Assembly (NCBI GenBank): GCA_965213625.1 | Contig: CBDBZU010000004.1 | Coordinates: 1,536,001 to 1,600,000, forward strand | DNA from: a bacterium | GTDB lineage: Bacteria; UBA8248 | Direction of reading: 5' to 3' | Length of the DNA stretch: 64,000 nucleotides | Translations under genes and position numbers: made by a program | In this document: positions 27,408-37,553 of the stretch, in pieces | Position numbering within the stretch: position 1 is the first letter of the stretch | How the letters are laid out: each line of letters begins with the position of its first letter | The notes under the pieces: generated by a model | The model's database searches: none | Told to the model about the DNA's origin: nothing | What the model saw: only the letters and a program-made list of their open reading frames with translations

Positions 27408-28314
27408 AGCCGAACCATCGGGCGGCATCGATGCGGCGGATTACCTTAATAACTGGGCGAAACGTGTCGGGGAAGAACTCGACCGCCTGGTGCCGAAATC
27501 TTTTGAGCCTCCCGAAATTTTCGAGATCATGCGCTACAGCCTTTTCGCCGGAGGTAAGCGCCTGCGTCCCGTGCTTTGCGTGGCCGGTTGTGAAGCCGTA
27601 GGTGGAAATCCTGAACTTATCCTGCCCGCCGCATGCGCCCTCGAGTGTATTCACTCTTATTCTTTGATCCATGATGATCTACCCGCCATGGACGATGATG
27701 ACCTCAGGCGCGGGATGCCTACGAGCCATAAGGTTTATGGAGAGGCGGCGGCGATTCTCGCGGGGGATGGATTGCAGGCCCTGGCCTTCGAGTTGATGGC
27801 GAATGAAAAAATGAGCGAGAAAATATCGCCCGGGCGTCATGTGAAGGCGATTCGAATGGTCGCCGATGCGGCAGGCGCTACAGGCATGGTGGGGGGACAG
27901 CTTCTGGACATCCGCGCCAATGGCCGGGTGAGTGACGTAGCGCATTTAGAGGAAATTCACAGGAGAAAGACGGGCGCGCTTTTGAGAGTTTCCGTTTGCC
28001 TGGGGGGGCTCCTCGGGGGTGGTGATGAAGCGCAGTTGAATGCGCTGCATGTTTATGGCGAAAAAATTGGACTGGCGTTTCAAATTGTGGACGACATTCT
28101 GGATGTGGAAGGCGATGAGGCCCTCATGGGAAAACCCATAGGTTCGGATGAGGGGTTGAACAAGGCGACATATCCCGCCTTGTATGGCATGGAGACGTCG
28201 AAACAACTGGCGCGCACCACTTGCGAGGAAGCGTTGGCGGCGCTCGAAAATTTACCGAAAAAAGCGCCTGAATTGGAATCTTTGGCGCATTTTATTATCT
28301 TGCGTCGTTTCTGA
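27397..28314 (+). CDS. ispA: Farnesyl diphosphate synthase / geranyltranstransferase
   Basis: YSLIHDDLPAMDDDDLRRG and FQIVDDILD; xseB-ispA-dxs synteny; exact start uncertain. Confidence 0.93.
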   Translation: MMNEAEPSGGIDAADYLNNWAKRVGEELDRLVPKSFEPPEIFEIMRYSLFAGGKRLRPVLCVAGCEAVGGNPELILPAACALECIHSYSLIHDDLPAMDDDDLRRGMPTSHKVYGEAAAILAGDGLQALAFELMANEKMSEKISPGRHVKAIRMVADAAGATGMVGGQLLDIRANGRVSDVAHLEEIHRRKTGALLRVSVCLGGLLGGGDEAQLNALHVYGEKIGLAFQIVDDILDVEGDEALMGKPIGSDEGLNKATYPALYGMETSKQLARTTCEEALAALENLPKKAPELESLAHFIILRRF

Positions 28315-28429
28315 CGATTGACTATCATTATTTGGTTAGTCTTAGTATGACAGCGGAATGTAGTACAACGAGACGTTCCCTTGATGAAGTAAGATTCGTT
28401 TTAAGATGAATTCCCGTGGGGGAGATGAT

Positions 28430-30364
28430 ATGGGCGAATTGCTCGAGCGCATTGATAGCCCGGCGGATTTGAGACTATTGCCGGAAGAGGAACTTTCGCA
28501 AGTCGTGGATGAGCTCCGCGATATGGTAATTCAGGTAACGTCCAATACGGGTGGGCATCTGGGCGCTTCTCTGGGAGCTGCGGAACTCATTGTAGCGCTT
28601 CACTATCTCTATGAAACGCCGAAGGATAAGCTGATTTGGGATGTTGGACATCAGGCCTACACGCACAAGATTCTCACAGGACGCCGTGATCGATTCCACA
28701 CGCTAAGGCAGTGGGAGGGGGTCGCCGGTTTTCCGGATAGGCGCGAGAGTGAATATGATCATCTGAATGTGGCGCATGGAGGCACGTCCATATCTGCGGC
28801 GCTGGGTATGGCCACGGCGCGAGACCTCTCGGGCGAGGATTTCCAGGTTGTCGCCATTATCGGAGATGGAAGCCTTACCGCCGGCATGGCGATGGAAGGG
28901 CTGAACAATGCCGGCGATTCGAAGAGAAACCTCACAGTAATCCTCAATGACAATAAAATGGGAATTTCTCATAACGTGGGCGCAATGTGTTCATACCTGG
29001 CGCGTATCATGACGGGTGAATGGGCGAACCGGGCCCGCAAGGTGCGTGGAGAAGTCCAGAAAATACTCAGCCATCTTCCTTTGGTGGGCAGTCATGCCGT
29101 CACGCTCATGGACAGGGTGGAGGAGTCTCTCAAAAATATCATCGTGCCGGGTATCTTGTTTGAGGAACTGGGTTTCCGGTACATCGGCCCGGTGGATGGT
29201 CACAGGCTGGATTTGTTGATTCCCACTCTGAAGAACGTGAGAAATCTGGATGGCCCCAACCTGGTTCATGTTGTTACCCGTAAAGGCTATGGGTACCCCT
29301 ATAGCGAAGCGGAACCCATCACATATCACGGCGTGACGAAATTCGATCCTGAATCCGGCAAATTTCACAAAAAAGCGCCTGGGCCTCCCGGCTACTCTAA
29401 AGTTTTTAATGATACGATGATTAAGCTCAGCAAAAAAGATGAAAAGATAGTAGCCATCTCGGCAGCTATGCTCGAGGGTACGGCGCTCGTGAACTATCAA
29501 AAAGAGTTGCCCGATCGCTGCTTTGACGTAGGGATGTGTGAACAGCATGCGGTAACTTTTGCCGCGGGGCTGGCGCTTGAGGGGATGAAGCCGGTCGCCG
29601 CGATTTACAGCACATTTTTGCAGCGCGCCTATGATCAGATCATCCACGATGTCTGCCTCACGAACGTGCCCGTTACCTTTGCGCTGGACCGGGCCGGTCT
29701 CGTAGGTGATGATGGGCCCACTCACCAGGGTGCTTATGACCTAGCCTATCTTCGGTGTCTGCCGAACATGATGATCATGTCGCCTAAAGACGAAAATGAA
29801 CTTCAAAAAATGGTGTTGACCGCAATTGAGCATCCAGGGCCGGCCGCGGTGCGCTTCGCGCGTGGTTCCGGTGAAGGGGTGCCGATGGATGAGGATATCG
29901 AGACGATACCCATCGGAGAGGCGGAGCTGCTTCGTGATGGTGATGACGTTGCGCTCATCGCTTTGGGACCCATGGTGGGGCTCGCGATGGAGTCTGCCGG
30001 GCAATTGGAGGAACTCGGCATACAAGCGTCGGTCTTGAACCTTCGCTTTGTGAAGCCGATGGATGAGGAGAAGGTTCTGGAACTCGCGAGACGGTGCAAG
30101 CGCGTCGTGACGATTGAGGAGGGGACGCGCATCGGTGGAATGGGCGCCGGCGTTTTGGAACTATTTGCGGCGCAAGGAATCCAGGACGTTTCCGTCACGG
30201 TTTTGGGTATTCCCGATAGGTTTATTGAACACGGGGCGCCCCAACTCCAGCGCGAGGATTGTGGGCTTACGCCGGGCGACATTACCCAGGCGGCTCGCGA
30301 TCTGATGAATGACGAAACAGATTCTGCCAACCTGGCGGCGCATGGCAACGAAACAGAGGCTTGA
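28430..30364 (+). CDS. dxs: 1-deoxy-D-xylulose-5-phosphate synthase
   Basis: GGHLGASLG, WDVGHQAY, GDGSLTAG, IYSTFLQRAYDQ and DGPTHQG motifs. Confidence 0.97.
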   Translation: MGELLERIDSPADLRLLPEEELSQVVDELRDMVIQVTSNTGGHLGASLGAAELIVALHYLYETPKDKLIWDVGHQAYTHKILTGRRDRFHTLRQWEGVAGFPDRRESEYDHLNVAHGGTSISAALGMATARDLSGEDFQVVAIIGDGSLTAGMAMEGLNNAGDSKRNLTVILNDNKMGISHNVGAMCSYLARIMTGEWANRARKVRGEVQKILSHLPLVGSHAVTLMDRVEESLKNIIVPGILFEELGFRYIGPVDGHRLDLLIPTLKNVRNLDGPNLVHVVTRKGYGYPYSEAEPITYHGVTKFDPESGKFHKKAPGPPGYSKVFNDTMIKLSKKDEKIVAISAAMLEGTALVNYQKELPDRCFDVGMCEQHAVTFAAGLALEGMKPVAAIYSTFLQRAYDQIIHDVCLTNVPVTFALDRAGLVGDDGPTHQGAYDLAYLRCLPNMMIMSPKDENELQKMVLTAIEHPGPAAVRFARGSGEGVPMDEDIETIPIGEAELLRDGDDVALIALGPMVGLAMESAGQLEELGIQASVLNLRFVKPMDEEKVLELARRCKRVVTIEEGTRIGGMGAGVLELFAAQGIQDVSVTVLGIPDRFIEHGAPQLQREDCGLTPGDITQAARDLMNDETDSANLAAHGNETEA

Positions 30365-31154
30365 TAAATTACTCGTTGAACGTGCGCTGGCCCCAAGCCG
30401 GGAGCGTGCGCGCAGCCTGATTTTGGCAGGTCTTGTGAGTGTTGACGGAAAACCCGCCACCAAGGCGGGTTCTTCATTTCCGGAAGACGCATCAATCACC
30501 CTCAAAGAAAATCCTTGTCCCTATGTGAGCCGGGGAGGTTTGAAGCTCGCCGGTGCGCTGGATGTCTTTGATGTTGACCCTATCGAGAAATACTGTATGG
30601 ATATCGGCGCATCCACGGGTGGATTCACCGATGTGCTGCTCACCCGTGGCGCCCGCCGCGTTTCGGCGGTGGATGTAGGGAAAGGTCTGATTGACTGGAA
30701 ATTAAGGAATGACCCCAGAGTCACTCTTCTAGAAGGGGTGAACGCCAGGCATCTTACGCCGGAAAAATTTCAGACGCTGGCGGGAGAAGAACGCCCTGGT
30801 TTATGCGTCGTGGACCTCTCGTTCATCTCCGTCATGAAGGTGCTCGAACCGGTCCATGAGTTGCTCGACGATGGCGGGGAGATGCTCGTTCTCATTAAAC
30901 CACAGTTCGAAGTGGGGAAAGGACGTGTCGGGAAAGGAGGGATAGTCCGGGACCCCGGGCTTCACCGTGAAGTTCTCAACCGTATCTGGGATGATACGCT
31001 TCGGATGAAATTGGCTCCCCAGGGTATCTCCTTGAGCGCGATTACGGGCGCGAAAGGAAACCGGGAATTCTTTATGTATTTGAAACCCGGGGCGAATTCT
31101 CCGGGGTCGCTAGATGTGGTTGAAAACGTCTTGGCGCAGGACCAAGAAACTTAA
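30342..31154 (+). CDS. tlyA: TlyA-family rRNA 2'-O-methyltransferase (S4 + FtsJ)
   Basis: RLDKLL, YVSRGGLKL, DIGASTGGFTD, KPQFE and GNREF motifs. Confidence 0.93.
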   Translation: MATKQRLDKLLVERALAPSRERARSLILAGLVSVDGKPATKAGSSFPEDASITLKENPCPYVSRGGLKLAGALDVFDVDPIEKYCMDIGASTGGFTDVLLTRGARRVSAVDVGKGLIDWKLRNDPRVTLLEGVNARHLTPEKFQTLAGEERPGLCVVDLSFISVMKVLEPVHELLDDGGEMLVLIKPQFEVGKGRVGKGGIVRDPGLHREVLNRIWDDTLRMKLAPQGISLSAITGAKGNREFFMYLKPGANSPGSLDVVENVLAQDQET

Positions 31155-31939
31155 GCAATCTTTATTATCCCGCCATCCAATTTTGGGACGATGCTCGTAA
31201 TGTCCTTCTGTGCGCAGAAGGAGATGTCCTCATCAAGTCCCAGAGACGATAAATGTCTGCCCCACCAACTATGAAAAAGCATCTTTTCCAGGTTTTTTTC
31301 AGTTCCATGTGCGACATACAGAGCTGCTCGAGCGGTGTCGGAGAATTCCAGGTTCTCTAAGTGCTTGGATAATATTTGCAGGAGCATTCCTGCCCCTACG
31401 GTATCTTCTTCACAATAAGCTCCTTCACGACCTGAACAGGCTATCAGGAGGGATTTGTTCGGGTTTGCATGAAGAATAGACGCTATACGATCGGCGGCAG
31501 CCGTGATGTTCACGAAAGCGGCGGTGAAAATTTCTCCGCAATCTTTTGCAGCGGAAAGCGTTTTGGTTCCGTTGCTCGTAGAGAATATCAATAATTTCCC
31601 GCTGATTCTGCTGAGCGTGTATTCGAGAGGGGAATTGCCCCCGTCAAAACCTTCAATCGGCTTGCCGTCTTGCTCTCCGCCCAGGATGATTTTTTCGGAA
31701 CCGTGCCGCAGGCGCAATTCTTGGGCCATTTCAAGGGCCATTTCTGGAGACGCGCACGGATATATCGCGGAACATCCATTCTCCAGGATTGCGGCGATAT
31801 TCGTGGTGGCTCTTAAAATGTCTATGACGACGCACACAATGTTTTGTGCATTTACTCCGTTTGCCCGATGCGCATCTTTGAGTCTCGTGGGGATTTCAGG
31901 GTGGGAAAAGGCAACGTCGCACCAGGTGCTTTTGCTCAC
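31151..31939 (-). CDS. comB: 2-phosphosulfolactate phosphatase family protein
   Basis: VVIDILRATT, GNSPLE, STSNGT and EEDTVGAG motifs; GTG 31939 overlaps the upstream stop. Confidence 0.85.
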   Translation of the reverse strand: MSKSTWCDVAFSHPEIPTRLKDAHRANGVNAQNIVCVVIDILRATTNIAAILENGCSAIYPCASPEMALEMAQELRLRHGSEKIILGGEQDGKPIEGFDGGNSPLEYTLSRISGKLLIFSTSNGTKTLSAAKDCGEIFTAAFVNITAAADRIASILHANPNKSLLIACSGREGAYCEEDTVGAGMLLQILSKHLENLEFSDTARAALYVAHGTEKNLEKMLFHSWWGRHLSSLGLDEDISFCAQKDITSIVPKLDGGIIKIA

Positions 31940-32925
31940 GAGGGCGATTCCCAAACAATGTCCAAATAGAAAAAATCATTGATTAGCGCGGATAAGAGAA
32001 TTTCCGCCCGTCTTTGTTGGCCGCCATCTTGCTTCGGAACGCGCACCCTCAAAAGGGTATCCGGATCTCTCATGTCATCAATAGCCCGAAACCAGTCGTC
32101 CGCAGTGGTCCCATCCCCGGCGGAATATGAAAGTGTTTTCATGGTGCGCGCATTGATGGCTATTCGTTTGAGCTGAATCAGAGAACCTTGCTCATCCATT
32201 TCCCCCAAAACGATAGAGCGTTCACCCAGGTTGTGTTCGCTGAAGCGCAAACCTTCAGGTGAGCCGCTGTAGCATGCGGCGCCGCCGCTCCATCGGGCGA
32301 CATCCAAAGGTTTGTGGTAATGGCCGATGGCTACATATCCAAAAGGCAGACGCTTTAAATCATCGGCTTCGAATGGATGTTCCTTGAATGCAGGGTGTTC
32401 TGAGGCTAGAGCCGCTTCTGAGCCGTGTAAAAGCAAGATGGATCTATCGTTCAAATTGAGTTTTTGCGTGAGGATTTCTTGTAGAGGCGGCTTGAAGGCA
32501 TCTTTTGTATCCCAGGGGATACCAGCAATCGTAAGATTGAGTTCGCAAATATTTTCTTGTGCCAACTCGGTAGCGGTATCACCATGGAAGAGGTGGATGT
32601 AACTTGCCATTTCTGGTCGATTCCACACGGATTCCGGGTGTATTGGGTCATGATTGCCGGGTATGGCGAAACAGCGCACCCCTTTTTTGGATAAATGGGC
32701 AAGGTTCTTCGAGACGATTTCTACGTCCCGATCGCTAGGATGAGGGGTATCGAATAGATCGCCCGAGATAAGAAATACCTGTGCGCCCCATTTGAGTGTT
32801 TCGCGAACGGAGCGAAAAAACGCTACCCGAAGATCGGCTTGGCGCGCCGCTGCTTTACGAGGCGGAAGGTAGTCGAAGTCATAGCCGAGATGGAAATCAC
32901 CGCAATGGGCGAATCGAAGGGTCAC
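31936..32925 (-). CDS. SbcD/Mre11-like metallophosphoesterase
   Basis: DFHLG, SGDLFD, GNHD, LHG, GHYH and YSGSPE motifs; GGAG SD before GTG 32925. Confidence 0.85.
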   Translation of the reverse strand: MTLRFAHCGDFHLGYDFDYLPPRKAAARQADLRVAFFRSVRETLKWGAQVFLISGDLFDTPHPSDRDVEIVSKNLAHLSKKGVRCFAIPGNHDPIHPESVWNRPEMASYIHLFHGDTATELAQENICELNLTIAGIPWDTKDAFKPPLQEILTQKLNLNDRSILLLHGSEAALASEHPAFKEHPFEADDLKRLPFGYVAIGHYHKPLDVARWSGGAACYSGSPEGLRFSEHNLGERSIVLGEMDEQGSLIQLKRIAINARTMKTLSYSAGDGTTADDWFRAIDDMRDPDTLLRVRVPKQDGGQQRRAEILLSALINDFFYLDIVWESPS

Positions 32926-33085
32926 TTTATCTCCCAGGGTCAAAATTTCGGCGATTGTGGCATGTGTGCAATGCGGTTGGCAAAAGCGGCAAGATAAAAA
33001 GGTACTTTTCCACATCGTCTTGACAGTAGGCATTGCGCCCGCTGATGATTCGTCTTTTGAGATATATTTTTCAGGAGAAACCGTT

Positions 33086-34795
33086 TTGGCAAAGAAATCG
33101 AGGATAAAAGCCTCGCAAAAATCTTATTCAAAAGAAGATTTGGTTCGGGCCGCCGCCGTAGCGGCTGGACTTGAAGCGTCGTTTACCGTGCCGGCTCCGC
33201 CGGGCGCCATGGCCCCTGCGCCTCTTCTGGACGAAATCAGGGAAATGGGAGAGGTCGGGCTCGCCGGTGTATTGAACCATCTGTCTTCCACCACACCGGA
33301 AGGGAGAATCCCCACACTTCTCGCTCTACGTGAGCTTGGGGATGTGTCCGTCGCTCAAAAGCTTGTTTCTCTTATTCGGACGATGCGTTGGTCGATACCG
33401 GGGCTCACTGCGCTCTTGGAAACTCTTCAGGCGTTGGATGCGGAAATAGAATTGCCAATTGGTTTTAATTCTGAAAGTTTGAGTCACGCTCAGGAGGTTT
33501 CTGGTCAATTAAGCCAAAATGAGACCCTCACGGTCGATTCCGCAATGTCCATCGTATCGTCATTGAAAGACCTGCCTTCTTTTTTACAGGAAGTCGTGTT
33601 GCGTGACGGTCTCGAGAACACGACTGACGATACAGAGAAGCGCCTGCTTGTGTTGGCTGAAGCGATGGGCCGAGAAGGAATTCTACCCCCTGCCTATTTC
33701 ATTCAAATCCTGGCGAACTTGGGTACGCAAGAGGCCGCGATTGCGCTTCAAAAACTCTCGGAATCCACCAAAGACAAAGATACGTTGTCACGGATTCGCA
33801 AGGCGATATTTCGGTTGAAGAACAAGGGCGTAGAAGTTGAAAAATTGCCTGATGCGGGTATTCATACTGCCCAGCGAACGAATTATCCGGACTATGTTCA
33901 TGCCGTAGTCAGCGCCGTAGACGGGCGTGGGCAGATGCTGTTGTGGCTTGCCCGCTCGAGGGTTCCGCGCGGGAGATATCTTGTGCAGGCGCGGTTGCAT
34001 CGGGGGCAAGGCATTGTTGAATTCACGGATGCGGAAATGAGTGCAAAAGAGTTGCGCAATGTTTTTCACCAAATTTCAGAAATGCCCACCTTGGCGTCAC
34101 AGGAAGTACCTGTCGGATATGCCATTTGGCTCCTTGAACGCGCTCAGCGCGAAAACGAGATGGGAGAAGTGCCGTTGCCCCGTGGCTATACACACGCAAA
34201 GCTCATGCTCGATCCCCTGGCGGAGAACGATGTATTTCCCTTGGAAGGGACACACCCTGTCCGCGCAATGGTGAATTCTCTTGCGGAGGATGAGAAGCGA
34301 ATGGAAGTGCGCACGCTTTTCGCCCATCGTCCTTTTTGGAGTTGGGTGATGGATGAAGATCGCGTGGCGCCGTTTTTTCAGGAGTTTATACAGTCGTTGG
34401 AAAGTCAGGTGGCGATTGATGAAAGTCAGAAAAAAGAGCGTCTTCAGCAGATTGTGGAAAACGGAGCGAAAGAAATTTTTCAGGAAAAGACATTGCGGGA
34501 ACGTATCGCAGGCCAGTTGGAAGACAATGGATACATATTTCATCAAGCGGGTGATGAACCTATGGCCCGTGAATGTGTGACGCTCGCGGATGAAGTGCTG
34601 GAGAATACGGATGAACCCACGCCACTGTTTGTCGAAATGGTTAAGTACTCCATCAATGTGATGCTTGAGCGTGTTATCCGCCAGGTCCGGGAATCCCAAG
34701 GTGAGGGTGGGGAACTACGAGAAGAGAATGTCGAGGATGGTGGTGTGTCGGAAAGTGCGGACTCGGAAGATTCACCTATCATCATCACGCCGTAA
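33086..34795 (+). CDS. Hypothetical helical (HEAT-like) protein
   Basis: Long ORF; AGGAG SD before TTG 33086; ends IIITP; no motif recognised. Confidence 0.75.
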   Translation: MAKKSRIKASQKSYSKEDLVRAAAVAAGLEASFTVPAPPGAMAPAPLLDEIREMGEVGLAGVLNHLSSTTPEGRIPTLLALRELGDVSVAQKLVSLIRTMRWSIPGLTALLETLQALDAEIELPIGFNSESLSHAQEVSGQLSQNETLTVDSAMSIVSSLKDLPSFLQEVVLRDGLENTTDDTEKRLLVLAEAMGREGILPPAYFIQILANLGTQEAAIALQKLSESTKDKDTLSRIRKAIFRLKNKGVEVEKLPDAGIHTAQRTNYPDYVHAVVSAVDGRGQMLLWLARSRVPRGRYLVQARLHRGQGIVEFTDAEMSAKELRNVFHQISEMPTLASQEVPVGYAIWLLERAQRENEMGEVPLPRGYTHAKLMLDPLAENDVFPLEGTHPVRAMVNSLAEDEKRMEVRTLFAHRPFWSWVMDEDRVAPFFQEFIQSLESQVAIDESQKKERLQQIVENGAKEIFQEKTLRERIAGQLEDNGYIFHQAGDEPMARECVTLADEVLENTDEPTPLFVEMVKYSINVMLERVIRQVRESQGEGGELREENVEDGGVSESADSEDSPIIITP

Positions 34796-34815
34796 TCTCA
34801 TATTTGGAGAATTTG

Positions 34816-35214
34816 ATGGAATTCGGTTTTGATCATATTCACTACGTTTGCGCAGATGTAAAAGCATTTGCCGAGTATTTTCAAAATATATTCGACGCTG
34901 AAATTGTTCGCTACGACGAGGACTTTAAGGGTTCGCCCAATGCGGCGATCCAAATCGGCCGCCTGGTGATATTCGCGCGCGGCATCAGACCTGAAGAGAC
35001 TCCTGATTCCGTGGGGCCGGAACTGGTTCAGGGGCTGGATCATTTCGGGTTTGGTGTTCCGGATGTGGAAACCGCCGTGGAGTGGCTGAGGAATAAAGGG
35101 GCGGAGATTATGGTGGAGCCCGTGCGGCGCGGCGTAGGCGGGCGCATGATCGCCTATGTGAGGGGACCCGGAAATATCCGCATCGAGTTGTGCGAGAACC
35201 CGGCGGCTCTTTAA
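34816..35214 (+). CDS. VOC/glyoxalase family protein
   Basis: FDHIH, GLDHFGF and GPGNIRIEL motifs. Confidence 0.88.
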   Translation: MEFGFDHIHYVCADVKAFAEYFQNIFDAEIVRYDEDFKGSPNAAIQIGRLVIFARGIRPEETPDSVGPELVQGLDHFGFGVPDVETAVEWLRNKGAEIMVEPVRRGVGGRMIAYVRGPGNIRIELCENPAAL

Positions 35215-35342
35215 GATACGCTCACATCCTGAGAACGAGAAATATCGGAGGAAAAACAGCGTGTTATTCCTGGCGCGATGTTTGGCGACACCTTCATCGC
35301 GACTGAATCACCAGGAATATTTTCTCTTGGAGGATATTACCG

Positions 35343-36590
35343 ATGGTCGATTTCCAGCTCACTCCCCGGCAGATGGAACTCAGAGATATTGCGAAAAGAT
35401 TTGCTACTGAAGTGATGATCCCCGCCGCGGAGGTCGCGGACCGTATCGAAGATCCTGAAGCATCCTTTAACTGGGAAGTTATTCGAGAAGGTTCGAAACG
35501 GGGCCTCAGGACGCTTACCGTCCCGAAAGAATTTGGAGGTGAAGGCGCCGACGTACTTTCCTGCGCCATCGTGGGTGAAACACTGGCGTATGGGGATTTG
35601 GGACTCGCCGTCGCCTTCGATCAGACGTGGAAGATTATGACGTCGATTGCGAATATGGCGAATGAAGAGCAACAAAAACGCTGGCTTCCCAAAATAATGG
35701 ATGATGATGAATGTATTCTGGCGACAGCCTGGACGGAACCCATGGCGGGTAGCGACAACGTCTGGCCCAATCAAAACCCTGGGGCAGGAATACAAACGTA
35801 TGCGGAAAAAAAAGGAGACCGCTGGGTATTGAACGGCGCGAAGCGTTATATCTCGAACGGGGGCCTCGCCAAAGTCTACCAAATCGCCGCGCGCACGGAT
35901 AAGAGCAACCCTATGATGAACAGCCTCACGGCCTTTTTGGTGCCATCTGACGCCAAGGGTTTTGAAGTAACCGAAGTATGGGACAAGCTCGGCCAAAGGT
36001 GTGTTCAGAACGGCACATTGGAATTTCATGATGTGGAAGTCCCGGCCGAGGACCAGATTGGAGAAGTGGGGCAAGCTCTGCCCGCTCTGGCGAATTTATT
36101 CATCAGACACGGAAGCAACATTCAAGCGGGCGCCACCGTCTTGGGAGTCGCGCAACGTGCGTATGATCTCTCATTGCAGTATGCGCATGCCCGAATCCAG
36201 GGCAGCGTGCCTTTGCTTGACCACCAGCTTCAGCAAATCAGGCTTGCGCGCATGGCGATGAAAATAGAAGCCTCCCGCTCTTATTTGTGGCGCACGGCGT
36301 GGTCCACCCAGCTCGAGGAGATGGACCGGAAAAATGCGATGCTCAGCAAGGTATTCGCGTCCGAGTCCGCCGTACAGGTGTGTCAGGAGGCGATGGAGCT
36401 TTGGGGCGCAGCGGGATATATGCGGAAAAATCCGATTGAGAAACTCATGCGTGATTCCTTGAGTTTTCTGCATTCGGACGGCACGAATGATGTGTTGACG
36501 CTTAAGGCTGCAGGCTTCCTGGAAGATCCGCCGCAAGTGGATGATCTGATTTACTCCCCTCGTGTCGCCGATGCGGCGGCGGGCAGGTAG
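35343..36590 (+). CDS. Acyl-CoA dehydrogenase family protein
   Basis: TEPMAGSD, LNGAKRYISNG, KLGQR, GAAGY and IEKLMRD motifs. Confidence 0.92.
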   Translation: MVDFQLTPRQMELRDIAKRFATEVMIPAAEVADRIEDPEASFNWEVIREGSKRGLRTLTVPKEFGGEGADVLSCAIVGETLAYGDLGLAVAFDQTWKIMTSIANMANEEQQKRWLPKIMDDDECILATAWTEPMAGSDNVWPNQNPGAGIQTYAEKKGDRWVLNGAKRYISNGGLAKVYQIAARTDKSNPMMNSLTAFLVPSDAKGFEVTEVWDKLGQRCVQNGTLEFHDVEVPAEDQIGEVGQALPALANLFIRHGSNIQAGATVLGVAQRAYDLSLQYAHARIQGSVPLLDHQLQQIRLARMAMKIEASRSYLWRTAWSTQLEEMDRKNAMLSKVFASESAVQVCQEAMELWGAAGYMRKNPIEKLMRDSLSFLHSDGTNDVLTLKAAGFLEDPPQVDDLIYSPRVADAAAGR

Positions 36591-36656
36591 GGTTCAGTCA
36601 GACGGTGGAGATTCGAGGTGGTGGGAGGAGTTTGGGTGTTGCTCCTCTCTTTAGAG

Positions 36657-37553
36657 TTAGTTCCTGAAAGCGGTTATTAGAACTCCACCTGCGACGACGC
36701 AAATCGTGGCCAATACAGTCTTACGGTTGATTGTTTCGAGCTTGCCCAGGAAAAAATAGCTCAGAATCAATACCCAAACCGGTGCGATTCGGCTCAGGGG
36801 CAGAGCGGTGGACACGCTCGCCATCGTAAATGCAGTCCAGAGCATAAAGGAACTGCAAATACCAATAAGCCCCGCGCCTCCTACCCAGATGAAACCTCTT
36901 TTTTTGCCGCGAATATCACTTTGGCCGGGTAGGATTGGCTTTGTGAGAAGAAGAATACAATTGGCCGTAGCAAAAGAAATGAACATGCCGACGCTTGGCG
37001 TCATTTGATGCGTATAAGCGAGCTTGGCGAAGATAGGCGCTACTGCGTACGCCAGTGAAGCGACAAGCGGAAATATAAGCGCTCCTTGAAACCAGCTTCT
37101 GAAAGATTGTGATTTATCGTCTTGTATCCCGAGAATGGATACGCCGATGACGATACCCAGGGTCCCGAGTATTACCATTGCCGTCGGGTCCTCGCCCAAG
37201 ACTAGAATTGCAAAAAAAGTGCCCCAAATAGGGGCCGCTGAAGATATGGGCACGCTGCGGCTGAGCCCGATACGGGAGACTCCCACCAGGTAGAAATATC
37301 TACCTATGGTGGGACCCGCGACGCCCACGGCGGCGTACCACAAGATGGCTTCTGCCTTGGAAGTAAAAAGCGTGCCATTCAAGAGAGATATGATGAGGCC
37401 GCCCAGGCTTACGATTCCATTGACAATCAAAGCGGCGGCCAGTGGAGATACGCTTCTCATGCCTTGCCTGAGAAAAGTTTGCGCTACGGAGAATGTGATG
37501 GAGGATCCGATTGCCAGTAGTTCACCTAGACCAACGAGTTGAATCCAGTTCAT
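36657..37553 (-). CDS. DMT/EamA family transporter
   Basis: About 10 TM helices in two repeats; LGE motif. Confidence 0.85.
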   Translation of the reverse strand: MNWIQLVGLGELLAIGSSITFSVAQTFLRQGMRSVSPLAAALIVNGIVSLGGLIISLLNGTLFTSKAEAILWYAAVGVAGPTIGRYFYLVGVSRIGLSRSVPISSAAPIWGTFFAILVLGEDPTAMVILGTLGIVIGVSILGIQDDKSQSFRSWFQGALIFPLVASLAYAVAPIFAKLAYTHQMTPSVGMFISFATANCILLLTKPILPGQSDIRGKKRGFIWVGGAGLIGICSSFMLWTAFTMASVSTALPLSRIAPVWVLILSYFFLGKLETINRKTVLATICVVAGGVLITAFRN

